Notes under the pieces: generated by a model
Database searches by the model: none
What the model was told of the DNA's origin: nothing
The model's input: the letters and a program-made list of their open reading frames with translations, nothing else
Position numbers and translations under genes: made by a program
Source of the DNA: Candidatus Aminicenantes bacterium
Lineage (GTDB): Bacteria; Acidobacteriota; Aminicenantia; Aminicenantales; JAFGBC01
Length of the DNA stretch: 64,000 nucleotides
Assembly (NCBI GenBank): GCA_963702005.1
Contig: OY969696.1
Coordinates: 2,752,001-2,816,000, forward strand
Direction: 5' to 3'
Shown: in pieces, positions 28,635 through 37,600 of the stretch
How the letters are laid out: every line of letters begins with the position of its first letter
How positions within the stretch are numbered: the stretch's first letter is position 1

Positions 28635-29546
28635 ATGAACACACGCATCGTCCGCAGGAGGACCCGGAAGTCCAGGCTCAAGGAATCGGTCATCAAGGCC
28701 TTCTTTTTCGCCAATGGGATCATGGCCGTCCTCGTCCTCATCGGAATTTTCGCGCTGCTCGTCCTGACGGCCTTCCCCGCCTTCAAGGAGGTCCGCATCG
28801 GCGAGTTCCTGACCTCGACCCACTGGGATCCGACGTCGCCGGAGAAGGCCGAATACGGGATCCTGTCGATGGTGGCAAGTACCCTATTTGTAACGATCGG
28901 GGCGATGTTCCTCGCCATCCCGGTCGGCTTAGGGGTTGCCGCCTATCTCTCCGATGTCGCCCACTGGCGGGTCCGGGAGATCGTCAAGCCCATCGTCGAG
29001 ATCCTGGCCGGAATCCCCTCGGTCGTCGTCGGATTCCTGGGCATCGTATTATTCGGCCCCCTGATCGCCAAGATCTTCAAGCTCGGCAATGGGCTCAACG
29101 CCCTTAACGGCAGCTTCCTGTTAGCCATCATGGCCCTTCCGACGATCATCAGCCTGTCCGAGGACTCCCTGAACGCGGTCCCGCGTTCCTACACGGAGGC
29201 TTCGCTGGCCTTGGGCGGCTCGCGCTGGCAGACGTTGGTCCGCGTCAAGATCCCGGCGGCCCTGTCCGGCATCATCGCCTCGTTCATGCTCGGACTGGGC
29301 CGGGCCATCGGAGAGACCATGACCGTGCTGATGGCGACCGGGAACGCCCGGTCGTTCCCCCATGGCTTCCTGAGCTCGGTCCGGACCATGACGGCCGGGA
29401 TCGCCATCGAACTCGGGGAGGTCCCGTACTACACGACCCACTACTACGCCTTGTTCGCGATCGGGCTCGTCCTGTTTCTGATGACCTTCCTCGTCAACCT
29501 CGCCGCGGACCTCATCCTCCACAAGTACCAGGAGAGGGAGCAATGA
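28635..29546 (+). CDS. pstC: Phosphate ABC transporter permease
   Basis: EILAGIPSVVVG, EAA loop and RAIGETMTV. Confidence 0.93.
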   Translation: MNTRIVRRRTRKSRLKESVIKAFFFANGIMAVLVLIGIFALLVLTAFPAFKEVRIGEFLTSTHWDPTSPEKAEYGILSMVASTLFVTIGAMFLAIPVGLGVAAYLSDVAHWRVREIVKPIVEILAGIPSVVVGFLGIVLFGPLIAKIFKLGNGLNALNGSFLLAIMALPTIISLSEDSLNAVPRSYTEASLALGGSRWQTLVRVKIPAALSGIIASFMLGLGRAIGETMTVLMATGNARSFPHGFLSSVRTMTAGIAIELGEVPYYTTHYYALFAIGLVLFLMTFLVNLAADLILHKYQEREQ

Positions 29547-30397
29547 AGAAGAAACGGCTCGCTCAAACGCTAGGGTTTCTCCTTCTCCGCGGCTGCCTCT
29601 ATTTCGTCCTAGCGGTCCTTCTTCTCTTCCTCTACGACATCGGAAAGAAGGGCGGCGGATCCATTTCCTGGGAATTCCTGACCCAGTCGCCGCGCCGGGG
29701 CATGACCCAGGGCGGGATTTTCCCCGCCATCATGGGAACCTTCCTGGTGACGATCGTGACGGCGCTGCTGTCCGTGCCGCTCGGGATGTTCGCCGCGATC
29801 TACCTCAACGAGTACGCCCGACAGACGCGCCTGACCCGGATCATCCGGCTGTCCATCCGGAACTTGGCCGGCGTCCCCTCGATCGTCTACGGCCTCTTCG
29901 GCGTCATCCTCTTCGTCAACATCCTGAGGTTCGGGACCTCGATCCTCTCGGCCGGGCTGACCCTGGGCCTGATGACGCTGCCCTGGACGATCACGGCCAG
30001 CGAGGAAGCCCTCAAGACCGTCCCCAATTCCTATCGGGAGGGCGCGCTGGCTCTGGGGGCTACGAAATGGCAATCGGTCCGGACCAACGTCCTGCCCTAT
30101 GCCGTGCCCGGCATGCTGACCGGGACCGTCCTGGGCCTCGCCCGGGCGGCCGGGGAGACCGCGCCCATTCTGTTCACGGGAGCCGCCTTTTACCTGCCCT
30201 ACCTCCCTAAATCCCTGTCCGACCAGTTCATGGCTCTTCCTTATCATCTCTACATCATGTCGACCCAGCACCATGCCATCGACGCCGTCCGGCCGCTTGC
30301 CTACGGGACGGCCCTGGTCTTGATCGTTCTTGTCCTGGGGATGAACATGGCCGCCGTCGTCGTGCGTTACCGTTTCCGGCGCAAGAAAAGAGACTGA
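29543..30397 (+). CDS. pstA: Phosphate ABC transporter permease
   Basis: [13 protein letters not shown] and RAAGETAP. Confidence 0.93.
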   Translation: MKKKRLAQTLGFLLLRGCLYFVLAVLLLFLYDIGKKGGGSISWEFLTQSPRRGMTQGGIFPAIMGTFLVTIVTALLSVPLGMFAAIYLNEYARQTRLTRIIRLSIRNLAGVPSIVYGLFGVILFVNILRFGTSILSAGLTLGLMTLPWTITASEEALKTVPNSYREGALALGATKWQSVRTNVLPYAVPGMLTGTVLGLARAAGETAPILFTGAAFYLPYLPKSLSDQFMALPYHLYIMSTQHHAIDAVRPLAYGTALVLIVLVLGMNMAAVVVRYRFRRKKRD

Positions 30398-30399
30398 CC

Positions 30400-31161
30400 A
30401 TGTCCGAACAAGCCAAAATCGAAATCCGCGACCTGAACTTTTATTACGGGTCCAAGCAAGCCCTCAAGATGATCAACCTCGCTTGTCCCGCGAACCGGGT
30501 CACGGCCGTCATCGGGCCGTCCGGCTGCGGAAAGTCGACTTTAATCCGGACCCTGAACCGGATGAACGACGTCATCCCCGGCGTCCGGCTCGAGGGCCGG
30601 ATCCTCCTCGACGGCGAAGATATCAACGTCCCCGAAGTCGACGTCGTCGACCTTCGGCGCCGGGTCGGGATGGTCTTTCAGAAACCGAATCCCTTCCCCA
30701 AGTCCATCTTCGACAACGTCGCCTATGGCCTGCGCATCAACGGCCTTCGGAACCCCCGGAGGATCGAGGAGACCGTCGAAAAGAGCCTGCGCGAGGCGGC
30801 CCTTTGGGACGAGGTCAAGGACAGGCTCCAAGAGAACGCTTTTGCCCTGTCGGGAGGGCAACAGCAGCGGCTGTGCATCGCGCGGGCCCTGGCGGTCGAG
30901 CCCGAGGTCATCCTGTTCGACGAGCCGTGCTCGGCCATCGACCCGATCGCGACGGCCCGGATCGAGGACTTGATTCAGAAGCTGAAAATGAGTTATACAG
31001 TGGTCATCGTGACCCACAACATGCAGCAGGCCGCCCGCGTTTCGGACTTCACCGCATTCATGATGCTGGGCGATCTTATCGAGTTCGACCGGACCGACAA
31101 GATCTTCACGAATCCGGCCAACAAGCTGACCGAGGACTACATCACGGGCCGCTTCGGATGA
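30400..31161 (+). CDS. pstB: Phosphate ABC transporter ATPase
   Basis: [29 protein letters not shown] and C-terminal YITGRFG. Confidence 0.96.
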   Translation: MSEQAKIEIRDLNFYYGSKQALKMINLACPANRVTAVIGPSGCGKSTLIRTLNRMNDVIPGVRLEGRILLDGEDINVPEVDVVDLRRRVGMVFQKPNPFPKSIFDNVAYGLRINGLRNPRRIEETVEKSLREAALWDEVKDRLQENAFALSGGQQQRLCIARALAVEPEVILFDEPCSAIDPIATARIEDLIQKLKMSYTVVIVTHNMQQAARVSDFTAFMMLGDLIEFDRTDKIFTNPANKLTEDYITGRFG

Positions 31162-31203
31162 TGGGGAGAGGCCCCGCGCCGGAGCACGGCGGGAGAGGAC
31201 ACC

Positions 31204-31881
31204 ATGGAACGACACTTCGACGAGGAACTCAAAAATCTCAAGGAGAAGCTCCTCCGGATGGCCGGATTGGCAGAGGATTCGATCGCCAAGGCCGTCAGGG
31301 CCCTCAAGGAGCGCGACGAGGCCCTCATCCGCCAGGTCTTTGAACAGGAAGAGAAGACGAACCTCATCGAGATCGAGATCGACGAGATCTGTCTACGTCT
31401 GTTGGCTCTCCGCCAGCCGATGGCCGGAGACCTTCGCTTCATCACCTCGGCCATGAAGATCGGGAGCGAGCTGGAGCGAATCGGCGACCAGGCCGTCAAC
31501 ATCGCCGAGCGGACGGACGAACTCCTCAAAGTCCCCCAGCTTAAGCCCCTCCTCGACATCCCCCGGATGGCCGGCCTGGCCCAGGCCATGGTCGTGGACT
31601 CCATCAACGCCTTCGTCAACCGCGACGCCGATCTGGCCCGCCGCATTTGCGCGCGGGACGACGAAGTCGACCAGATCAACCATCAGATCTTTCGCGAGCT
31701 CCTGACCTACATGATGGAGGACCAGGCAACCATTCCCCGGGCCGTCGATCTCATCCTGATCGGCCGGCATCTGGAACGGATCGCGGACCACGCCACGAAC
31801 ATCAGCGAAGATGTCATCTACCTCGTCAAGGGGAAGTCCATCAAGCACCACATCGAGGAGCGGGGCTGTAAAACCCCTTAG
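31204..31881 (+). CDS. phoU: Phosphate signaling protein PhoU
   Basis: QPMAGDLR, ELERIGD and LERIADHATNI. Confidence 0.95.
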   Translation: MERHFDEELKNLKEKLLRMAGLAEDSIAKAVRALKERDEALIRQVFEQEEKTNLIEIEIDEICLRLLALRQPMAGDLRFITSAMKIGSELERIGDQAVNIAERTDELLKVPQLKPLLDIPRMAGLAQAMVVDSINAFVNRDADLARRICARDDEVDQINHQIFRELLTYMMEDQATIPRAVDLILIGRHLERIADHATNISEDVIYLVKGKSIKHHIEERGCKTP

Positions 31882-31924
31882 ATCGATGCCCCGCCCGGCC
31901 GGCCCTGGGGGGGAGAGGCCGCCG

Positions 31925-32647
31925 CTACCTTTTCGGCAGACGGACTTCGACGCCCGGGATAGCCTTAAGAAGGGGGACGACCCTGGCCAGCGTGTCGTCG
32001 TTTGAGTGATAGGGGTAGACGATGCGGGGCCGGAAGGCCCGAACCGCCTCCGCGGCCATCTCCGCCGACATCGTGTAGGGCGTCATCACCGGCAGGAAGG
32101 CGACCGCGATGTCCTTGAGGCCTTTCAGCTCGGGCGTCGCCTCGGTATCGCCGGCAAGATAGATCCGGCTCCCGGCCAGCGTCAGGATGTAGCCGTTTCC
32201 GCGGCCGCGCGGATGGAAGGGGACGCCGGGGCTCCTCATGCTGACGATGTTATAGGCGGGGACGGCCTCGACCTCAATCCCCTGGACCGTCGTCCGGTCC
32301 CCGTTCTTGAGGACGATCCCCTTGCCCAGCTTTTCGATGCAGGCTTCGGTCAGGATGATATCCGTTCCCGGTTTGCCGATGAGGGCGATCGCCGCCGGAT
32401 CGAAATGATCGGAGTGCTCGTGGCTGACCAGGATGAGATCGGCCTTGGGCAGGGTCGCGTAGTCGCCCTCGCGGCCGACCGGGTCGACGTGGATGACCTT
32501 CCCTTGGAACTCCAGGATGAGCGAGGCATGGCCGATATAGCGGACGGCCAGATCGCCCAGGTTCGTCTTGATAATATCTTTGTCCGGGAGCCGAACGGCT
32601 CCCAAACCCCATGAGGAGAATATGATTAGAGCCAAGATCGTCTTCAT
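31925..32647 (-). CDS. Secreted MBL-fold metallo-hydrolase
   Basis: GHAS, SHEHSDH, AGDT and YPYH motifs; signal peptide. Confidence 0.85.
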   Translation of the reverse strand: MKTILALIIFSSWGLGAVRLPDKDIIKTNLGDLAVRYIGHASLILEFQGKVIHVDPVGREGDYATLPKADLILVSHEHSDHFDPAAIALIGKPGTDIILTEACIEKLGKGIVLKNGDRTTVQGIEVEAVPAYNIVSMRSPGVPFHPRGRGNGYILTLAGSRIYLAGDTEATPELKGLKDIAVAFLPVMTPYTMSAEMAAEAVRAFRPRIVYPYHSNDDTLARVVPLLKAIPGVEVRLPKR

Positions 32648-32711
32648 AGCTTTAATTATAGCTCTTTACTTTTTTCGTTATCCAGACATAATTAGGGAGA
32701 CAGACGTCGCC

Positions 32712-33395
32712 ATGAAACCGCGCATCATTGCCGTCCTGGACGACGAGCCCGATATCGTCGAGCTCGTCCGGCTCCACCTCGAATCGGCCGGGTTCAAGGT
32801 CCAAGGATTCACGGCCCCCGAGTCCTTTTTCCGTTTCCTGGAGCGGACCGTCCCCGACCTCATCATTCTGGACCTGATGCTTCCCGGCACGGACGGTTTC
32901 GAGATCACCAAGTGGCTGCGCCGCCAAGAGCGGCTGGCCGCCATCCCCATTATCATCCTGACGGCCAAAGGGGAGGAAACGGACCGGGTCCTGGGCCTCG
33001 AGCTGGGCGCCGACGACTATATCACGAAGCCCTTTTCGGTCAAGGAGCTCATCGCCCGCGTCAAAGCCCATCTCCGCCGGCGCGAGACGCCCGAGCCCAA
33101 GCGAGCGATCGAGGTCGGCCGGCTTCTCGGCATCGACCCCGTCCGCCATGAGGCGACCGTCCAGGGGAAACCTGTCGAGTTGACGGCGACCGAATTCAAG
33201 ATCCTCGAGCTGCTGGCCGGAAAGAAGGGCCGCGTCTTCAACCGCGACCAGATCCTGGATGCCCTCTGGGGTCATGACAAGATCGTCCTGGACCGGACGG
33301 TGGACGTCCACATCAAGAACCTTCGCGACAAGCTGGGGCCGGCCGCGGCCTTGATCAAAAATATCAGGGGAGTGGGGTATAAACTCGAAGAATGA
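32712..33395 (+). CDS. phoB: OmpR-family response regulator PhoB/PhoP
   Basis: LDDE, LDLMLP, GADDYITKPF and RTVDVHI winged helix; next to phoR and pst. Confidence 0.85.
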   Translation: MKPRIIAVLDDEPDIVELVRLHLESAGFKVQGFTAPESFFRFLERTVPDLIILDLMLPGTDGFEITKWLRRQERLAAIPIIILTAKGEETDRVLGLELGADDYITKPFSVKELIARVKAHLRRRETPEPKRAIEVGRLLGIDPVRHEATVQGKPVELTATEFKILELLAGKKGRVFNRDQILDALWGHDKIVLDRTVDVHIKNLRDKLGPAAALIKNIRGVGYKLEE

Positions 33396-35122
33396 GAAAA
33401 TCTTTTTTCCTAAAAATCTTCGCGGCCTTCCTGGTGGTCGTCGCCGGGCTGTCGAGCCTGATTCTCGTCTATTCCTTTCAGACGATCCGGGCCCGCTGGA
33501 TCGCCCGTGAGGCGGCCCGCCTTGAAGGTCTGGCTCGGGTCCTGGCGCCTCAGGTTCAACCTTTGCTGGGGGAAGAGAGGAGTCAGGACCTCGAAGCCCT
33601 CATCCGCCGGGCATCCGCCGAAGGTCAGGTCCGGGTCACCGTCGTCGATGCCAAGGGCCGTGTCCTGGCCGATTCGACGGCCGACGCCCGGACCATGGAA
33701 ACCCATCATTACCGTCCCGAGATTCTCCAGGCTTTGTCCGGCGAGACCGGCGTCGCCCTCCGCCCGAGTCCGACCATGAAGGAGACCATGCTCTATGTCG
33801 GCGTTCCCCTCAAGGACGATGTCCGGATTGCCGGCGTCCTCCGGGTCAGCCTCTTCCTCAAGGATATCGACCGCCTGCTGTCCGCCCTCCGCTGGCGGAT
33901 TTTCAGGCTGGCGGCGGCCGCCATCCTGGTCCTCCTGGGCGGAGCGTTCGTTTTTTCCAGGCACGTTTCCAAACCTATCCGGGATTTGACGGCGGCCTCG
34001 CACCGAGTCGCGGCCGGCGATTTCCAGGCGAAGGTTTATGTCAGGAACCGGGACGAGCTCAAAGACTTGGCTGAGAGCTTCAATGCCATGACCCTCCGTC
34101 TCAAGACGCTCTTCGCCGAGTTGGAAGCCCAGAAAGAAGAGCTGGGCCAAATTATCGGCTCGATTCGGGAAGGTCTCATGGTCATCGGTCCCGATGACCG
34201 GATTCTTATGGCCAATCGGAGCTGCCAATCCTTGTGCCGGATGGAAGACGTTATCGGCAAGTACTTCTGGGAGGTTGTCCGCCATCCGGGATTCCAGGAG
34301 TTGGTGGCCCTGGTCAAAGGGACCAAAAAGCCCGCGCTGGAAGAGATCCTCGTCAACGACAAGAGTTTTCTGGCCAGTGTCGTCTGGGTGCCGGCCCGGG
34401 AGCGGAGAATCGTGACCTTTCTCGACCTGAGCGAGGTCCGTAACCTGGAAAGAATCAAGAAGGATTTCATCACCAATGTTTCCCACGAACTGCGGACCCC
34501 GCTAACATCCATCAAGGGCTTCGCCGAAGGCCTGAATCCCGGGAACGATGAAACCAGCCGCCGCGCCGTCGGGATCATCCGGAAAAACACGGACCGGCTC
34601 ATCGCCATCGTTCAAGATCTCATTGTCCTCTCCGGACTCGAGGAAAAAGGGACGGCCCTCGAGAGGGAGCCCGTCGCCATGCGCGGCCTCCTCGCCCGGG
34701 TCCTGAACGACTTTCAGCCTCGGGCTCGGGACAAGGGGATCGCCCTCGACCTCCACGCCGAGGAGGGTCTTCCCGAGATCCCGGCCGACTCGTTCCGGCT
34801 CGAGCAGCTTTTTCAAAACCTAATCGACAATGCCCTCAAGTTCACGGACAAAGGCCGGGTCGCCGTCGCGGTCCGCCGGGAAGGACGCTTCCTCGCCGTC
34901 GAAGTCCGGGACTCCGGGATCGGAATTCCCGAGGAGCATCTGCCTCACATCTTCGAGCGGTTCTACGTCGTCGACAAAGCGAGGGACAAGAGGTTAGGCG
35001 GGACGGGCTTGGGCCTGGCCATCGTCAAGCACATCGTCCTCCGCCACGGGGGGACGATCGAGGTCGAAAGCCAACCGGGCCGCGGGACGGCCTTCACGGT
35101 CCGCCTGCCTCTCGCGGCCTAA
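33392..35122 (+). CDS. phoR: Sensor histidine kinase PhoR
   Basis: Two TM helices, HAMP, PAS, H box [10 protein letters not shown], and N/G1/F/G2 boxes ([12 protein letters not shown]). Confidence 0.88.
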   Translation: MRKSFFLKIFAAFLVVVAGLSSLILVYSFQTIRARWIAREAARLEGLARVLAPQVQPLLGEERSQDLEALIRRASAEGQVRVTVVDAKGRVLADSTADARTMETHHYRPEILQALSGETGVALRPSPTMKETMLYVGVPLKDDVRIAGVLRVSLFLKDIDRLLSALRWRIFRLAAAAILVLLGGAFVFSRHVSKPIRDLTAASHRVAAGDFQAKVYVRNRDELKDLAESFNAMTLRLKTLFAELEAQKEELGQIIGSIREGLMVIGPDDRILMANRSCQSLCRMEDVIGKYFWEVVRHPGFQELVALVKGTKKPALEEILVNDKSFLASVVWVPARERRIVTFLDLSEVRNLERIKKDFITNVSHELRTPLTSIKGFAEGLNPGNDETSRRAVGIIRKNTDRLIAIVQDLIVLSGLEEKGTALEREPVAMRGLLARVLNDFQPRARDKGIALDLHAEEGLPEIPADSFRLEQLFQNLIDNALKFTDKGRVAVAVRREGRFLAVEVRDSGIGIPEEHLPHIFERFYVVDKARDKRLGGTGLGLAIVKHIVLRHGGTIEVESQPGRGTAFTVRLPLAA

Positions 35123-35172
35123 TCGCTATCGGCCGCTGAGGGTTCGTCGGGTCGGGGGCGGCAGGCGGACCC

Positions 35173-35919
35173 TCAGCGGACGATGACGGACGCGTCCGGG
35201 TTCAGGGGGTTGATCCGGGCGGCAAGCGAAAACAGGAACGGGTAGCTCTCCTTCAAATGGCGGACATGATCTATCCAGATGGCCGTCATCTGGGAATAAG
35301 CCCTCTTCAAGTCCCCGCCCAGATGCTGGAGGTCGCTCTCGGGGAGTTCCCCGAACAAGGTGTTACGGAAGGAGAGTTCCTCGGCCAGATGAAAAACGGC
35401 CCAAAGAAGGTCCGTGAACGACTCATGCTCGAGGAGGCTGGGATTCTCGAGGAGGCCGACCAGGAAGTCCCGTTTAGCGGATAGGAATCCGCCGAGGTCG
35501 GCCAGCTTCCCCCGGTCGGGAATGATCTCGTAGGCAAAAGTCCGGGCCGCCTCGGCCGCTCGGGAGAAATCCTTCCGTCCCCACGGGGGGACGATCCGGA
35601 CTCGGCCTTCAAGCTCGGCGGCGTTGGCGGCGAAGGTCAAGGACCTCTTCAGAAGTTCCAGTCCGACTTCGCTGAAAAAGGCCCCGATCACCATGTTGAG
35701 CTTGTCGAGTTTGGACCGCTTCTCGCGCTGGGCCAGGAGCCGCTCGAGGAGAAGAACGACGAGGAGGACGTTCAGGAATAGAAAGCCGATGTCCATGAGC
35801 GTGTAAAAAACGATGTGGCGGAGGTCACGGAAGATGAGATAATGGACGAGATAGGTTGTGAGCGAAGCTCCAACCAGGATCGCCGACAGAATCCAGAGCC
35901 AAGCATCTTTGCGTTTCAT
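35173..35919 (-). CDS. Conserved hypothetical membrane protein (two N-terminal TM helices)
   Basis: Coding-like ORF with KLNMVIGAFFSEVG and LLENPSLLEHESFTDLLWAVFHL, seen in uncharacterised anaerobe proteins. Confidence 0.7.
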   Translation of the reverse strand: MKRKDAWLWILSAILVGASLTTYLVHYLIFRDLRHIVFYTLMDIGFLFLNVLLVVLLLERLLAQREKRSKLDKLNMVIGAFFSEVGLELLKRSLTFAANAAELEGRVRIVPPWGRKDFSRAAEAARTFAYEIIPDRGKLADLGGFLSAKRDFLVGLLENPSLLEHESFTDLLWAVFHLAEELSFRNTLFGELPESDLQHLGGDLKRAYSQMTAIWIDHVRHLKESYPFLFSLAARINPLNPDASVIVR

Positions 35920-36077
35920 CCCAATCACTCGCTTTCCGAACTATCATACCAGCGGCACCCAGAGAATTCAAAAAGACCGGGCGTTCCAGTATAACAAATG
36001 GGTCATGAACATCAAGGACCTACAGAGGACGAGGCTCAACGGCCGGGGACATCGGATCGGCAACTAAATCCCTTCGG

Positions 36078-36107
36078 TTGACAGTCCCGGCCGCGACGTC
36101 GTAAAAT
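36078..36107 (+). promoter_or_regulatory. Putative sigma70 promoter
   Basis: TTGACA-18 bp-TAAAAT upstream of ATG 36152. Confidence 0.5.
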
Positions 36108-36151
36108 ATTGAAAAAAGAAGGGATGAACGGGGTTCGAACCCGGTCGCCTG

Positions 36152-37087
36152 ATGAGTCTTGAAAAAGCGGTCGAGTATCTGCTGGCCAGGGGCCATCTCC
36201 CCATCCTGTACTGGCTCAAGAAAGACATCCTCTGCGTCCCAGCCGACCGCGAACTCAAGAACCTGGAGAAATACGGAGCCAGGATTCGCATCCTGGAGGA
36301 ACAACTCCCGGACGGCTCGTGGAGGGAAAAGAGGGCCTCGGGGCCATCCGTCCGGGCATCGGGCCCGCCCACCTCGCCCGAGGTCCTGACCCTCCAGAAC
36401 GTCTGCCGGCTTTATGATTTCGCCTGCGATGCCGAAACGGCCGGCCTTCGGAACGCCGTCCATTTCCTGTTAGGCACTCAATCCCGGGACGGCTGCTTCC
36501 GAGCCGGGACAAACGAGGATTACCCCTTGACCTTCCATGCCTTGAACCTCGAGATCCTGTGCCGGTTCGGATTCGACGGAGACGCGAGGGTCGAAAAAGG
36601 CTTTCGCTGGCTGCTCCGTCAAGGACGGGGGAAAGGCGAATGGCTGGCGTCACGCAACCGACTCGATGCCAAAAAGCCGATCGGGCCGACAGGGGATAAG
36701 ACGCTTTTCTGGGCCGGGATGACCCTCCGCGCCCTGAGCGTCTCTCCGTCCCGTAGCGGGCAAAAAGAAGCTCAACGCCTCGGCGAGTGGCTTCAGGTAC
36801 GCCTTCTGAAACCCGACGTTTCGCCCGATCCTCTCGCCAAGAGCTCCTGGCTCGAGATCAGCTATCCCTTCTGGTCGGCCGGACTTCTCAGCAACTTGGA
36901 CACCCTATCCCGGATCGGGTTCAAGGCAGATCGGGTCAACATCCGGAAAGGGCTGGGCTGGCTTCTGCGCCAGCAGCGCCCCGAGGGCTATTGGGAGTCG
37001 ACCCGGACTCGGGGAACGGCCGAAGACCACCTCTGGACGACGCTGGCCGTGCTGCGCGTGTTCAAAGCCTACGGGCTCCTCAAGTAA
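36152..37087 (+). CDS. Prenyltransferase/squalene-cyclase-repeat alpha-alpha barrel protein
   Basis: Repeated QW-type motifs QLPDGSW, QSRDGCF and WLLRQQRPEGYW. Confidence 0.7.
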   Translation: MSLEKAVEYLLARGHLPILYWLKKDILCVPADRELKNLEKYGARIRILEEQLPDGSWREKRASGPSVRASGPPTSPEVLTLQNVCRLYDFACDAETAGLRNAVHFLLGTQSRDGCFRAGTNEDYPLTFHALNLEILCRFGFDGDARVEKGFRWLLRQGRGKGEWLASRNRLDAKKPIGPTGDKTLFWAGMTLRALSVSPSRSGQKEAQRLGEWLQVRLLKPDVSPDPLAKSSWLEISYPFWSAGLLSNLDTLSRIGFKADRVNIRKGLGWLLRQQRPEGYWESTRTRGTAEDHLWTTLAVLRVFKAYGLLK

Positions 37088-37092
37088 GAAAA

Positions 37093-37572
37093 ATGAGATA
37101 TATCCTCGGCCTCGGCTCCAACCTCGGAAACAAGCGAAGGAATCTGGCCGAAGCCGTCCGCCTTCTAAAGGCGCGGGGCGCCCGCGTCCTCAAGGTCTCC
37201 TCCCTCTACAGGACCCAGCCGGTCGGCGTCCTCGACCAGCCCTGGTTCATCAACATGGCCCTTGTGGCCGAATCCCGTCTGCCGCCGCCCCGTTTTCTCG
37301 AAATCCTCCAGGCGATCGAGCGCGAGATGAAAAGGCCGCGGGAACGCGACAAGAGCCCGCGCCTGATCGACCTCGACATCCTCCTGGCCGGACGCCGGAT
37401 CGTCCGGACCGGGCGGCTCATCATCCCTCATCCCAGGCTGGCCGATCGTAATTTCGTCCTCGTCCCGCTTGCGGAAATCGCCCCGCGGGCCGTCCATCCC
37501 GTCCTGGGGAAAACCGTCCGGACCCTTCTCCGGGAGTCGAAGGACCAGTCTCAAGTTATCGGGGCGGCTTAG
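37093..37572 (+). CDS. folK: HPPK (2-amino-4-hydroxy-6-hydroxymethyldihydropteridine pyrophosphokinase)
   Basis: LGLGSNLG, SSLYRTQP, PRLIDLDIL and PHPRL..RNFVLVPL. Confidence 0.93.
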   Translation: MRYILGLGSNLGNKRRNLAEAVRLLKARGARVLKVSSLYRTQPVGVLDQPWFINMALVAESRLPPPRFLEILQAIEREMKRPRERDKSPRLIDLDILLAGRRIVRTGRLIIPHPRLADRNFVLVPLAEIAPRAVHPVLGKTVRTLLRESKDQSQVIGAA

Positions 37573-37600
37573 GACATCCTCATTTTGGCGGCGAGTTGCG

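Noticed and set aside
36128-36145. GGGTTCGAACCC resembling a tRNA T arm or att-site remnant
   Set aside because: No D arm, anticodon arm, acceptor stem or CCA on either strand, and no integrase nearby.
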